A stretch of DNA of 64,000 nt, taken from sequence record LC727695.1; one strand, 5' to 3'. Positions 36,483 to 46,399 of this stretch are shown here, piece by piece. Numbering within the stretch: the stretch's first letter is position 1; each line of letters opens with the position of its first letter. The position numbers and the translations under genes were made by a program. The notes under the pieces are model-generated. The model was not told the DNA's origin and searched no databases. It saw only the letters and a program-made list of their open reading frames with translations.

Positions 36483-37583
36483 TTAGAAACCTACACGACT
36501 TGCTTTGCGTGGGCTACTGCAAGAACTAGTATTCAATGCTTCAGCTAAAGTAAGATTATTACCGACAAACTCAACTGGATCTAGACCATTAGCTAAACGA
36601 GCTGCAATCGCTTGTTCAGCAGTAAGTGTTTTGAAGGTAAGAATATCGAAAGCACGGCCAGGTCGAACTAAAGCTTCATCAACATCACGAAGAGTCGGAA
36701 GATTAGTAGAAATGATAATCTTGGTCTTAGTAGATACTAGACCAGCTGTAGCATTTAATAGCCCTGACATATTACTATTACCATCTACACGTTTAGCCAC
36801 CATTTTATCAGAGTCTTCTGTAATAATGAGTGAATTATCCTCAACACCACGAATAAAATTAGTCAAACCGGCGTGGCCAAGTACATCATCTTGATCAGCT
36901 AGATACACATTACGATCATTATAACCACGAGCCCGAATAATCTCATTGATATAATTAGACTTACCAGTACCAGGAGGACCAATCAATAGTAGAACATTAG
37001 ATTCAGATGCAGCGAATTCAGTCCAGATTTCAGCTGGAGATCGATCTAGGAATGGATACATTTCCATCATATTTGGATTGTAGTTACGAACAGAAATAAC
37101 TTCACTAAAGCTATATAGTTCATTATTTTGATAGTTAACCCGAATTCTTTTAATACTAGGTGGACGAGTCTGATCAAATACTTCTTCAAAACGTAATTTA
37201 AATACTTTGATCAGTTCTTCATTGGAGTATAATCTAAAGTTCTGACTAGTGGTACCTTCCATTCCATTCATTAGGAAACCAATGATTCCTTCATCATCTA
37301 GTAATGCAAAACCACCACTAATTCTGAATGCTTTCAGATTTAAAGGGCTTATAACTTCATCACATAGTTTGTAAATTTGTTCTTTGATGAATTCTTTTCT
37401 ATCAACTCCAAAAGGATAGTGAATACGTAGATCTTCACTATCTGAACTAATTCCCTGTTCATTAAGAGTATAGCGATATGCATTGGAAATTGCACGGCCA
37501 TTATCAACCTCCATAGCAATGGAGATAAAACGATCAATCCACTTCTGCTGGACTAACGTAAGTTTGCTATTACGATAATTCAT
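36483..37583 (-). CDS. AAA+ ATPase
   Basis: Walker A GPPGTGKS, Walker B IITED, STN sensor, D.AL.RPGR. Confidence 0.9.
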   Translation of the reverse strand: MNYRNSKLTLVQQKWIDRFISIAMEVDNGRAISNAYRYTLNEQGISSDSEDLRIHYPFGVDRKEFIKEQIYKLCDEVISPLNLKAFRISGGFALLDDEGIIGFLMNGMEGTTSQNFRLYSNEELIKVFKLRFEEVFDQTRPPSIKRIRVNYQNNELYSFSEVISVRNYNPNMMEMYPFLDRSPAEIWTEFAASESNVLLLIGPPGTGKSNYINEIIRARGYNDRNVYLADQDDVLGHAGLTNFIRGVEDNSLIITEDSDKMVAKRVDGNSNMSGLLNATAGLVSTKTKIIISTNLPTLRDVDEALVRPGRAFDILTFKTLTAEQAIAARLANGLDPVEFVGNNLTLAEALNTSSCSSPRKASRVGF

Positions 37584-37626
37584 TTGATGTTCCTTTTCTA
37601 ATTGATAATCTAATTTGAGACGATAT

Positions 37627-37652
37627 AAACCCTCCTACTAAGAGGAGGGTTT
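37627..37652 (-). terminator. intrinsic terminator
   Basis: AAACCCTCCT-N6-AGGAGGGTTT. Confidence 0.85.
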
Positions 37653-37686
37653 ATTTTGGCTATTATAACTAATTCATTTGAGAAAA

Positions 37687-38340
37687 TTAATTATTATATT
37701 CATCCATCAATTCAGGTAGACGGCTATCTCTAGGATCTAAGATTTCAGACCAATCAATTGGCATATATGGCTCATCAGATTCATTTTTATTTAACCATTC
37801 TTCTAGTCTCTTTACATCATCGGACCAGTATAGGTTATACATAGTTGGCACATTTGCATCTAATGCCAACTGCCACGCTGTATTAGTACCACCACTAATT
37901 ACAGAGGTTGGTGTCTTTTGTTCACCGTATGCAATAATAGTTGAAACAGGTTCACGTAAAGTATGGCCATGAATTTGAAATACATTACGAGTATGTAGTT
38001 CAATACCTGTTCTACCTAAACCATTGAAACTTCCCCGAGCTGCACAGGCCATTGCCATAGCTGTGGGAATGGTATCAGTATATACGGAGGCATCATGAAA
38101 CCACGCTAGATTCTCAATTCGTCTTCCAAGAAATCCATTTCGAATAATGTAAATACGACTTTCTACTGTATCCCATTTATCAGACTGAATTGCACCATAC
38201 CAACCAGCTCTATCTGATCCATATGCATCGCCTGATGAAATACCTATACCTAGATCAACAAATGTTCTTCCTGCGCGTATCATCAATTCTAGGGCCCATG
38301 TAGGGGCATAGCGACTACCGACAATAGCTGTCATTGCCAT
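37687..38340 (-). CDS. DprA/Smf-like (SLOG superfamily) protein
   Basis: AIVGSR, SSGDAYGSD.A, R.V.QI.G, SGGT..A. Confidence 0.8.
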   Translation of the reverse strand: MAMTAIVGSRYAPTWALELMIRAGRTFVDLGIGISSGDAYGSDRAGWYGAIQSDKWDTVESRIYIIRNGFLGRRIENLAWFHDASVYTDTIPTAMAMACAARGSFNGLGRTGIELHTRNVFQIHGHTLREPVSTIIAYGEQKTPTSVISGGTNTAWQLALDANVPTMYNLYWSDDVKRLEEWLNKNESDEPYMPIDWSEILDPRDSRLPELMDEYNN

Positions 38341-39050
38341 TATCTAACCCTCATTAGAAGACGGATATCACCGTACTTAAGAACGGCATTTCGGACTTGA
38401 TAAATAAAAGGTTTAAATTCTTTTCGCTGTTGATCAGCCGTGAGTGTATAAGTTACTTTGATAGGTTCATTAGGAACATTGCAGAAAGATAGATAACGCG
38501 ATACTCGACGTAGATTACGTAGGTGATTCTTACCACATTTAGGCCCGACTCGTTGTAACCGACCGTCGATAACCTTCCAATCATAATTAGCTTTAAGGTT
38601 TAGAGAATAAAAACTTTCAGTTAAATTCTTATAATACTGTAATTGTTTTTGAGAGATTTTATTAATTTTTGGTTCATCTGTTACAAGACGTGGGCTATAC
38701 CGTGAATAGCAATCTGGTTCTGACATACGATCCCAGGACATATAAGTATATAGACTCATATATACTGTTTTAGTAACTGGTTTAAGCTCACTCATACCTT
38801 TTAGAATAGCTTCACCACTAATCCATGCATCACAGCGTGGATCATCATCATAACTACTCCACCATTCTGGTTTCTTTTTCAGATCATCAGGAACACCATT
38901 ATGGTAAGCAAATGGTTTTACATCCCAATAATTGCGAATATCAAGTAGATATGCATAAAGATCATAATTCTGTGTTAGTTCAATATCTTCGATACCAATC
39001 CATTCATTATTTACTTTAGCTTGAGTTTCTAAATATACATAATCACCCAT
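38340..39050 (-). CDS. conserved phage hypothetical protein
   Basis: MGD...NY.L.A.L.DIRN...G.P.D pattern. Confidence 0.75.
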   Translation of the reverse strand: MGDYVYLETQAKVNNEWIGIEDIELTQNYDLYAYLLDIRNYWDVKPFAYHNGVPDDLKKKPEWWSSYDDDPRCDAWISGEAILKGMSELKPVTKTVYMSLYTYMSWDRMSEPDCYSRYSPRLVTDEPKINKISQKQLQYYKNLTESFYSLNLKANYDWKVIDGRLQRVGPKCGKNHLRNLRRVSRYLSFCNVPNEPIKVTYTLTADQQRKEFKPFIYQVRNAVLKYGDIRLLMRVR

Positions 39051-39254
39051 TTTCTTTATTTCCTGTATTAGATTAATATAAATGTTTTATAACAACTATT
39101 TCAATATTGAATAACGTATTATTGGTTGTTTTAATTTACTACTCAACCTGATAATGTGTAATACGTCTATCTATATATCTCTTTTCTCTGGTGAAGAGCA
39201 TTAGCATTATTCCAAGGTAGAGTCCTTATTCTATTAAACATATAAGTAAATAAT

Positions 39255-39276
39255 CCCTCCCCAATAAAGGGGAGGG
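39255..39276 (-). terminator. intrinsic terminator
   Basis: CCCTCCCC-N6-GGGGAGGG. Confidence 0.85.
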
Positions 39277-39292
39277 TATATGTTATCTTAAT

Positions 39293-39694
39293 TCATGCTT
39301 TTGAAAGATCATATTTAATAGCTTCATCTTTCATAGGAGTTAATACAATAGTCACTTTTTCAAAACCATGTATATCCCTACCATTATAAGAAATATCAAT
39401 ACTCTCCCAATCCTGGTTAACTACTTCAGCATGAAGAATATTTTTAATATTGATAGCATCTGTTTTATCAAACCATTTAAAAACCTTTGGGTTAAATACA
39501 AGTTCGAAAGTAGTTTGATATGGATAGCTTTTCTGTTTAACAAGCCTACTAGATGCTAGTGATGTATTCTCAATGTTTCGAATAACATCAATCATTGCTT
39601 TACGGATAGTAAGTAATTTACTTTTCAGAACCAAATCAATAAATGCTGGATCAGTTGTCATTACTTCTTTTACAGATGGAAATGTGATTTCCAT
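39293..39694 (-). CDS. hypothetical protein (FPS family)
   Basis: resembles 39859-40254 and 6132-6476. Confidence 0.7.
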   Translation of the reverse strand: MEITFPSVKEVMTTDPAFIDLVLKSKLLTIRKAMIDVIRNIENTSLASSRLVKQKSYPYQTTFELVFNPKVFKWFDKTDAINIKNILHAEVVNQDWESIDISYNGRDIHGFEKVTIVLTPMKDEAIKYDLSKA

Positions 39695-39710
39695 AGCATC
39701 CTCTTATAGG

Positions 39711-39887
39711 TTAATTATTAAAAGATAAATCATAATCACTTTGTCTGCGATTCGGATTAACAGGATCAGGATATTTTCCAGTTTTGATAACTTCTTTTAT
39801 AGCTCTAAAATCACGTTCTAGAAAATCTAGTTTTTTAACTAACTCTTTTTCTAATTCTTTATTGAGTAGTCTTCTTAATTTGCTCAT
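39711..39887 (-). CDS. 58-aa protein (not in ORF track)
   Basis: MSKLRRLLNKELEKELVKKLDFLERDFRAIKEVIKTGKYPD...; fills the gap, 29-nt overlap with upstream gene. Confidence 0.55.
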   Translation of the reverse strand: MSKLRRLLNKELEKELVKKLDFLERDFRAIKEVIKTGKYPDPVNPNRRQSDYDLSFNN

Positions 39888-40254
39888 CTACGTATACTCT
39901 TACAATGAACCAATTGATTAGGCCAAAACCTTTTGGTGTGATGGTAATGTCATCTTTATATCCATTTTTAGTGATTACATTACGTAATACTTTAATTGCT
40001 TCAGGTGGAATAAGATTAGCATTACCAGTAACACTATACTCGAAATAATAACCTACACCTGGTAAATAACCTGATGCAATCTGGTTAGTACCTGTGATAT
40101 TACTAACGTGTTGGAAGTCACTAAAAGCATTCTTGTAGAATAACAAAATATTAGGAATTACTTCATCCCTAATAGTAGAACTAGTAATGGCATCCGCCGA
40201 TGGAAAATAAGGTACTAATTCATCTGTTACATTGGTGCTATTAATATCGGACAT
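39859..40254 (-). CDS. hypothetical protein (FPS family), first gene after early promoter
   Basis: GAGGA SD. Confidence 0.7.
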   Translation of the reverse strand: MSDINSTNVTDELVPYFPSADAITSSTIRDEVIPNILLFYKNAFSDFQHVSNITGTNQIASGYLPGVGYYFEYSVTGNANLIPPEAIKVLRNVITKNGYKDDITITPKGFGLINWFIVRVYVDEQIKKTTQ

Positions 40255-40300
40255 AATCTTTTCCTCATTATAAAAGGATAAATATCTTTATGGTAATCCT

Positions 40301-40325
40301 GTAATATAGATTTAAATTAATTTAT
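40301..40325 (-). promoter_or_regulatory. phiKZ-type early promoter
   Basis: minus strand TTTAAATCTATATTAC. Confidence 0.75.
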
Positions 40326-40337
40326 AATGAATGGCAT

Positions 40338-40362
40338 AAAGGAGCCCCTGGTGGGCTCCTTT
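40338..40362. terminator. intrinsic terminator (possibly bidirectional)
   Basis: AAAGGAGCCC-N5-GGGCTCCTTT. Confidence 0.9.
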
Positions 40363-40525
40363 AATGTAATAGGTCCGACCCCTATCTAGAGGTCGGTGAG
40401 TAGCAAGGCACCGTAGTTGGGGTTCGTGTCGTTCCTGACGATACTTTAGTACCCCGGTTTATTTACGACTGGATCACCCCCTTAAAGTGCAGTGCGTTTT
40501 ACGCAAACTGCCTTGCTCTATATCA
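40363..40525 (-). ncRNA. candidate structured non-coding RNA of unknown class
   Basis: no ORF; 77/150 GC over 40371-40520 in an AT-rich genome; several nested helices; G-U pairs favour the minus strand; terminator directly downstream. Confidence 0.6.
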
Positions 40526-40604
40526 TTGCACTGTGCGTATTTTTATTCGTTAGCTAATCTTATGACTTAGAGTTATATTTACATACCCCTTAAGGAAAAA
40601 TGCA

Positions 40605-42716
40605 ATGATAGACTCATTTAGGAAGCTAATGGGCTCGCTATCAATTACTGAAACTGATCAAGAAATTATCATCAGTGGTTTTGATGGTGCTGCATTCATT
40701 AGAGATATTAACAAGTATTGGCGAACCACTAAATTAGCTACGCAGTTATTTAACACGGTTAGTCGTCGTAGTATTTCATTTTATAAATTCTTTGCTCCTG
40801 AAATATATTACATGCTAGAAGCAGTAAAGAATTATAGAAGTAGATACATCTCTATTAAAACTGTTAATGCCATCCGTGAAGCAATGCTTCAATATACCTG
40901 GTTAAAAAATACTCGTCCTGTAGATACCAACTCTGTACCAGGTAGACTCAATTTCAAGATGTTAGACAAATTGACATTTACACCAGATGAGTCTCAAAAA
41001 GCTTATTTTGAAAATTATAATTATCGAATTGACCAGTATGGTTTACGTGGTGATATTGTTGCAGGTAAACCTGGTACTGGTAAGACATTCATGACGATGG
41101 CTATTGCTGAAATGGTTGAGTCGGATATCATTATAGTTGTTTGTGAAAAGAAGTCTATTGATCTAATATGGAAGCCATCTATTATTGAGATGTATAAGGA
41201 AAGACAAAAAGTATGGTCGACCATTGATGATAAAGCCTACAACGGTCAAAGAATACTTATATCCCATTACCAGGCGCAAGATAAAATAATTGATCTATTA
41301 AGAAGCGGTATATTCAAAGGTAAGAACATTACGGTGATTCTGGATGAATCACACAATATGAACGATCCTAATTCTGCACAATCTCTTAAGTTCCAGCAAA
41401 TATGTTTTATGTCTAACTCTAATAACAGATTATTAGCGTCAGGTACCCCTGTTAAAGCACTTGGTTCTGAATTAGTAAGTGCATTAAGAGTATTAGACGA
41501 TCTCTTCACCAATGAGGTTGAAGAACGTTTTAAGAAAGCATTTGGAAAAGAGACACAGAAAGGATTAGATATTGTCCAACATCGCTTTGGGTTAATTGCG
41601 TACGTCATTGAAAAGAAAGATACTGAGGTTTTACCACCGAGGATAAAAGCGTATCGTATCAAGATACCAAATGGATCACAGTATACTCTTAATGCCATTA
41701 AACGTGATTGTGAAGCTTTTATTAGAGAACGTGTAAAGTTCTATGCTGCGCGCCGACCAGAAGATGAGAAGTATTGGGCTAAACTAATGGCGATACACGA
41801 GAACTCTCTTAAGACCCAGGCGCAGAAAGATGGTTTCGCTCGCTATAAGAATTTGATTAAAATAATTCAGAAGAATCAAGACCCGCGATACATTGGTGAA
41901 GAAATTAAAGAATCTAACCAATATGAAAAAATGTTTATAGAGCCAACTTTACCTCGTAATGAAATAGCTGCTTTTAGAGATATTAAATCAGTTATAAAAT
42001 ACGTTATGCTAAAGATACAAGGTGAATGTTTGGGAAGGGTTTTAGGTGCTAAACGCATTCAGTGCCATGTGGACATGGTACCGTATATTGACTGGGTTGG
42101 TATCACTGAATCAACTATGAAGAAAACGATTGCATTTACATCGTTTGTTGAGGTTGTTGATACTGTTGATAAGTACACCAATAAATTAGGTATGCATCCG
42201 GCGGTGGTGTATGGTAAAACCAATGACAATTTACCTCAAATAATCAGTAGATTTGAGAAAGACCCTAAATTAAATCCATTGGTAGCTACATATGCTTCCC
42301 TTTCAACAGCGGTCCGTATGACGATGGCTGATACTATGGTGACAATTAATTCACCGTTTAGGCATTACATTCTAGAACAAGCTATTGCTCGAATTTACCG
42401 TAAAGGTCAGGATTCACAAACAGTCGTATATCAATGTACTCTCGATACAGAAGATGAACCGAATATCTCAACAAGGTCAGATGACATTCTAAAATGGAGT
42501 CAGGCAATGGTTGAAGCTATTATGGGTATTAAATCTCCATTTGAGATCACAGAGTCATTAGAAAGTTATGTTGATAAAAATAATAATTTTGATGAAAATA
42601 AAATCATTTATCAGATGCTAAAAGAATCATTTGAGAAGTATGATATCGCAATTGATTTTAATGACTTTGATACACGTATGTATAAACCATATCAGCCCGC
42701 ATATATGCGGTTTTAA
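40605..42716 (+). CDS. SF2 (SNF2/DEAD-like) helicase
   Basis: GKPGTGKT, ILDESH, SGTP, QAIARIYRKGQ. Confidence 0.9.
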   Translation: MIDSFRKLMGSLSITETDQEIIISGFDGAAFIRDINKYWRTTKLATQLFNTVSRRSISFYKFFAPEIYYMLEAVKNYRSRYISIKTVNAIREAMLQYTWLKNTRPVDTNSVPGRLNFKMLDKLTFTPDESQKAYFENYNYRIDQYGLRGDIVAGKPGTGKTFMTMAIAEMVESDIIIVVCEKKSIDLIWKPSIIEMYKERQKVWSTIDDKAYNGQRILISHYQAQDKIIDLLRSGIFKGKNITVILDESHNMNDPNSAQSLKFQQICFMSNSNNRLLASGTPVKALGSELVSALRVLDDLFTNEVEERFKKAFGKETQKGLDIVQHRFGLIAYVIEKKDTEVLPPRIKAYRIKIPNGSQYTLNAIKRDCEAFIRERVKFYAARRPEDEKYWAKLMAIHENSLKTQAQKDGFARYKNLIKIIQKNQDPRYIGEEIKESNQYEKMFIEPTLPRNEIAAFRDIKSVIKYVMLKIQGECLGRVLGAKRIQCHVDMVPYIDWVGITESTMKKTIAFTSFVEVVDTVDKYTNKLGMHPAVVYGKTNDNLPQIISRFEKDPKLNPLVATYASLSTAVRMTMADTMVTINSPFRHYILEQAIARIYRKGQDSQTVVYQCTLDTEDEPNISTRSDDILKWSQAMVEAIMGIKSPFEITESLESYVDKNNNFDENKIIYQMLKESFEKYDIAIDFNDFDTRMYKPYQPAYMRF

Positions 42717-42727
42717 AGGAGACAGAA

Positions 42728-43198
42728 ATGTCTGATCCACATTCATCTAATACTGGTGAAGATCTTATTCTTGGGCCTGAAGCCACCAGTGAAGAAATGT
42801 ATAATGCGATTTTAAGGTGGGTTGACAAAGTAACAACCATCCTAGAATCTGGTGGTGGCCCTGGTCCAGGTCCTAGTACTGGTTTAAAACCAATTCTATT
42901 TCAAACTGGTACATTAAACCCAGGAGATGTAGTTACTTATGATCTTTCCAAAGTTATTACTTCTATGGGTGATTATACTCTGGCTACAGCCATCGTTGAT
43001 CTCAAGATTATCGACCCTGAAACTACTAGTCCTACTAGTGGTAAGCTTATTAGCGCTTCTGCTAGTATTGGTTGGGATCTCGATTCATCTACAGGGATTT
43101 TAAATATCCGTGGGTATAGCCTGTCTGTACCAATCACTTATTATATTCGAGTTGACTCACCTATTAAGACGGCTGATATTCCCGTGTATACCCCGTAA
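42728..43198 (+). CDS. putative virion structural protein
   Basis: Gly/Pro linker plus beta-rich domain; precedes a large structural-like gene. Confidence 0.55.
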   Translation: MSDPHSSNTGEDLILGPEATSEEMYNAILRWVDKVTTILESGGGPGPGPSTGLKPILFQTGTLNPGDVVTYDLSKVITSMGDYTLATAIVDLKIIDPETTSPTSGKLISASASIGWDLDSSTGILNIRGYSLSVPITYYIRVDSPIKTADIPVYTP

Positions 43199-43208
43199 GG
43201 AGTGAGAA

Positions 43209-45158
43209 ATGCCTTCTATTGTCCCGTCGCAAGTGCCGGGTCCTGTGGCACTAAACTCTAAAGTTAAATTTAACTTTAGTTCAGATATTCAGAAGGTGTA
43301 TTATACAGTGAGCCCGGAGTTACCTCCGGTGCTCTCTGAATACATTGCTTATGATGGTGACCCTGCAACAGGTGGTAGTCCATTTATTGCTGTTGTGCAA
43401 GATGGCACTGGTAATGTTCTTTATGATTGTAGTTTTCCAAAATTCTATAATTTAAACTATGATACTTACCAAATTCCGGCTAATACAACAAACCCTCAAG
43501 ATCTATGGGGATGGGTAAGATATTTTTATAATGCTATTGGGTTTATTAGGAATGGTAGTAAGTACGAATCAACTGGAAAGAAATTCTTAGTAATCACAGA
43601 TAGTAATCCTAGTGAACCTTATTCAGTCCTCAATACGTCAGGTAATGGTTTTAAAAAGATACTAGATACGGCTGCTCGTGTACAAGATTCTACCTATGAT
43701 GTTTATTACCCAGAAATGATGGGTGGCACAGTAGACCTTACTTTAACAGATCTTAATAAGTATTATGCATGTATTCTATTCTCTACTAAAGATCATAATA
43801 CTGGTGCATTAACTCCTGAAAGAGTGAGTCAGGCGACTATTGATAATCTAGCTACTTGGCGTAAATCGGGTAATGGTATCTTTGTTATAACTGATTCTGC
43901 TTCAAGAGATTACACTAATATTGAAGATGCTAAAGAAAATAATGGTAGTTTTGCATTTACCGCTAATAGACTAGCCTTTAATTTTGGTTCTTATTTCTCT
44001 GGTGTTGTTGATAGGTCAGATGTTCAATATACTGTAAATCAGATGCTAAGCTGGTCACCAAAAGCTGCATCATCTGGTTTGTTTACAGGTATGAATAAAT
44101 CTATTGGTAATGGTCAAGTAACTGACTTTGTTATCAAAGGTGATTCAAGTGAAAGTGAGATTAAGCTTGTTACTTTCCCAGCGTATAACAAAGAAGATAT
44201 TCCTGAATTTACCTTCGATCATACTGGCGAGTACATTTACAATTTTCTTTGTACGACATCTGAAAATCCTAATAAACCGTATGCTATTTCATTTAGATTC
44301 CAAGTTGGTGTAGATGATGGTATCTTTGTTGCACGTGATAATGGCCAAGCTATTGATACTACTCAGATACTAACAGCTAAGCGTTATTTTGATCTTAATC
44401 TAGGTTACTCAAATGGTACTGACCATCAGGATTATCTAGGCGATATTCAAATAAATGGCTATTTAGTTGGATCATTCTTATTTAGTCAGGGCATTACTCA
44501 GTGGGATCTGATAACTCATGGATCAACTCTTTTAATCCATGATAATGATCAGATACGTATTAACGTACGCGTACCTTATACTTACACAATGCAGCATCAA
44601 GTGGTACTTAGTTCAAAACCTGCTTCTCTTTATAATGAAGCATCCCTTATAGGTACAATGGCATGGGATGATTATAAAGGGATAAGTAAAGCTAAAATTT
44701 ATGAATATATTAATCTTAGCATGACCAAGTATATGTATCGTGTAGCGAATGCATATAAGAATAGCATTAATATAAAACCAATAGTATTGACTGCATTACG
44801 CCGTACATTCCTTGGTGAGACATTAAATACAGCTAATGTATATGTTTATGATAATAACTCCACATGGGGTAAACTATCACAACGTGTCCAGAACGGACGA
44901 CATGGTGATATTGTTATCTTTGCAGATACTTCTAAAGTTGTCCAGTATGATGAACTGGCTTCAACGCCTGGCTGGTATGTAATGAAAGATCCAGGATTAG
45001 CCGATGTAACAGTAGCTAAACTAGTTCCATTCTTTGGAAATAACCGAGCTATTAAAAATAGGTTAAAGACTGGTGACATTCTTGATGAGACCACTGGTCA
45101 ACCAATTTCTTTCCATGCTAATTGGAAAATAGAAAATGATAAACTTGTAAAAGTTTAA
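43209..45158 (+). CDS. putative virion (tail/baseplate-associated) protein
   Basis: PFIAVVQDG.GNV.YD..FPKFYN motif of the kind seen in jumbo-phage virion proteins. Confidence 0.6.
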   Translation: MPSIVPSQVPGPVALNSKVKFNFSSDIQKVYYTVSPELPPVLSEYIAYDGDPATGGSPFIAVVQDGTGNVLYDCSFPKFYNLNYDTYQIPANTTNPQDLWGWVRYFYNAIGFIRNGSKYESTGKKFLVITDSNPSEPYSVLNTSGNGFKKILDTAARVQDSTYDVYYPEMMGGTVDLTLTDLNKYYACILFSTKDHNTGALTPERVSQATIDNLATWRKSGNGIFVITDSASRDYTNIEDAKENNGSFAFTANRLAFNFGSYFSGVVDRSDVQYTVNQMLSWSPKAASSGLFTGMNKSIGNGQVTDFVIKGDSSESEIKLVTFPAYNKEDIPEFTFDHTGEYIYNFLCTTSENPNKPYAISFRFQVGVDDGIFVARDNGQAIDTTQILTAKRYFDLNLGYSNGTDHQDYLGDIQINGYLVGSFLFSQGITQWDLITHGSTLLIHDNDQIRINVRVPYTYTMQHQVVLSSKPASLYNEASLIGTMAWDDYKGISKAKIYEYINLSMTKYMYRVANAYKNSINIKPIVLTALRRTFLGETLNTANVYVYDNNSTWGKLSQRVQNGRHGDIVIFADTSKVVQYDELASTPGWYVMKDPGLADVTVAKLVPFFGNNRAIKNRLKTGDILDETTGQPISFHANWKIENDKLVKV

Positions 45159-45166
45159 CGGCATAA

Positions 45167-45187
45167 GCCCTCCCGCAATGGGAGGGC
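45167..45187. terminator. terminator between convergent genes
   Basis: identical to 6980-7000. Confidence 0.85.
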
Positions 45188-45198
45188 ATTATGTTGTT

Positions 45199-45858
45199 TT
45201 AACCACGCGTTATATTAAATAACCGTCTTTTCTGATCAAGTAATAAAATAGCGCTTGTGGTAACTTTAATGTTAAACCTACGTTTAGCTAAACTCTGAGC
45301 TACTAGTTCAATAGCATCAACTAGATCGATTGATTCTATATCACCTGTATTTTTAGATTTACTAATTGGTTTACTAAGAATTTTCCATCCCTTAGTAAAA
45401 TTACTAGCTGATGGCTTTTGACCTATCTTGCTACGAAAAAATAGTCCAACTAATTTACTAGCCAGTTCACGTGGATCATTAAAATCTGCTTCTGGTGAAT
45501 GTAAGGTAATATTACTGTTTGCCAGGAATTCATGGTTCTCCGCACGATCCTCGATAGTTTTAGCACGTGGATCAAAATCCCAACAATTAACAGTTATATT
45601 TACGTCATTACCATTACGACGTAGATCAATACATCTAACGAAATCAGTCATGTCAAACTTACGTTCAACATCACGCATGTCATTAGCAATCTTCTCTAAT
45701 TCATCGTTATCAGTAATACCAACTTGCTTAGTAATATCAAAAGTCAAATCGGCTAAAACGGATTGAGGAAAACTGGTTGCGATCAGCAAACGCAGTACGA
45801 TTTCTGGACGACTTTTTCTATATTTGTCGCCTGACATCTTCTCAAAGGTGTTAGTCAT
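45199..45858 (-). CDS. putative virion structural protein
   Basis: 219-aa ORF; resemblance to phiKZ-like structural proteins is an impression only. Confidence 0.5.
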   Translation of the reverse strand: MTNTFEKMSGDKYRKSRPEIVLRLLIATSFPQSVLADLTFDITKQVGITDNDELEKIANDMRDVERKFDMTDFVRCIDLRRNGNDVNITVNCWDFDPRAKTIEDRAENHEFLANSNITLHSPEADFNDPRELASKLVGLFFRSKIGQKPSASNFTKGWKILSKPISKSKNTGDIESIDLVDAIELVAQSLAKRRFNIKVTTSAILLLDQKRRLFNITRG

Positions 45859-45877
45859 GATGGCTATCCCAAAAAGG

Positions 45878-46309
45878 TTAGTTCACACCATTTAAACGCT
45901 CCCAGTCATCTAGAGTTGCACGAGCATCAAATAGTGCGTTGTGAAGCATTTTAGAACCTTTTCCACTTAGCTCATGATTTAATTCAAATATAGTTGGTAA
46001 CTCAACAACTTGTTTACCTTTACCCATATCCATAGCTTTACCAGTGTAAACCATATCGTTAACATGATTAGCTATAAAATGTAATCGAGCAAACTGACCA
46101 AGAAACTTGGCTAGTCTATCATGGAATTCTTCTAAAGAGATTGGTTCTTTTTGAAGAATAGGAATAACGTTTTCTTTAACCCATTCATCTTCAATATTGT
46201 CATATGGTAGAACTTCGTAGAATTCACAACGTCGATCTTCACTAACAATACCGAGTGAAATAAGAGTACCAGTAGGCGTATCAAATTCTGTATCAACAAA
46301 AAGTAACAT
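45878..46309 (-). CDS. DEDDh 3'-5' exoribonuclease (Rv2179c/DUF5051-like)
   Basis: FVDTEF, LISLG, WVKENV.P.L, HNAL.DA. Confidence 0.85.
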   Translation of the reverse strand: MLLFVDTEFDTPTGTLISLGIVSEDRRCEFYEVLPYDNIEDEWVKENVIPILQKEPISLEEFHDRLAKFLGQFARLHFIANHVNDMVYTGKAMDMGKGKQVVELPTIFELNHELSGKGSKMLHNALFDARATLDDWERLNGVN

Positions 46310-46365
46310 AGTAGTTTTCCTTGTACGAAAGTCTTATCATAACAATAATGCACTTACGTCAAAAA

Positions 46366-46388
46366 GAGAGAACCATCATGGTTCTCTC
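46366..46388 (-). terminator. intrinsic terminator
   Basis: GAGAGAACCA-N3-TGGTTCTCTC plus U-tract. Confidence 0.8.
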
Positions 46389-46399
46389 CTATAAAAGTA

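Noticed and set aside
40435-40460. Hammerhead ribozyme on the plus strand (CUGACGA followed by a small stem)
   Set aside because: There is no GAAA after the putative stem II, and G-U pairing favours the minus strand.
40419-40485. tRNA or tmRNA fragment (GGGGUGAUCC.../GGUUCG)
   Set aside because: No cloverleaf, no proper T-loop and no CCA end. I saw no tRNA genes in the window by eye.
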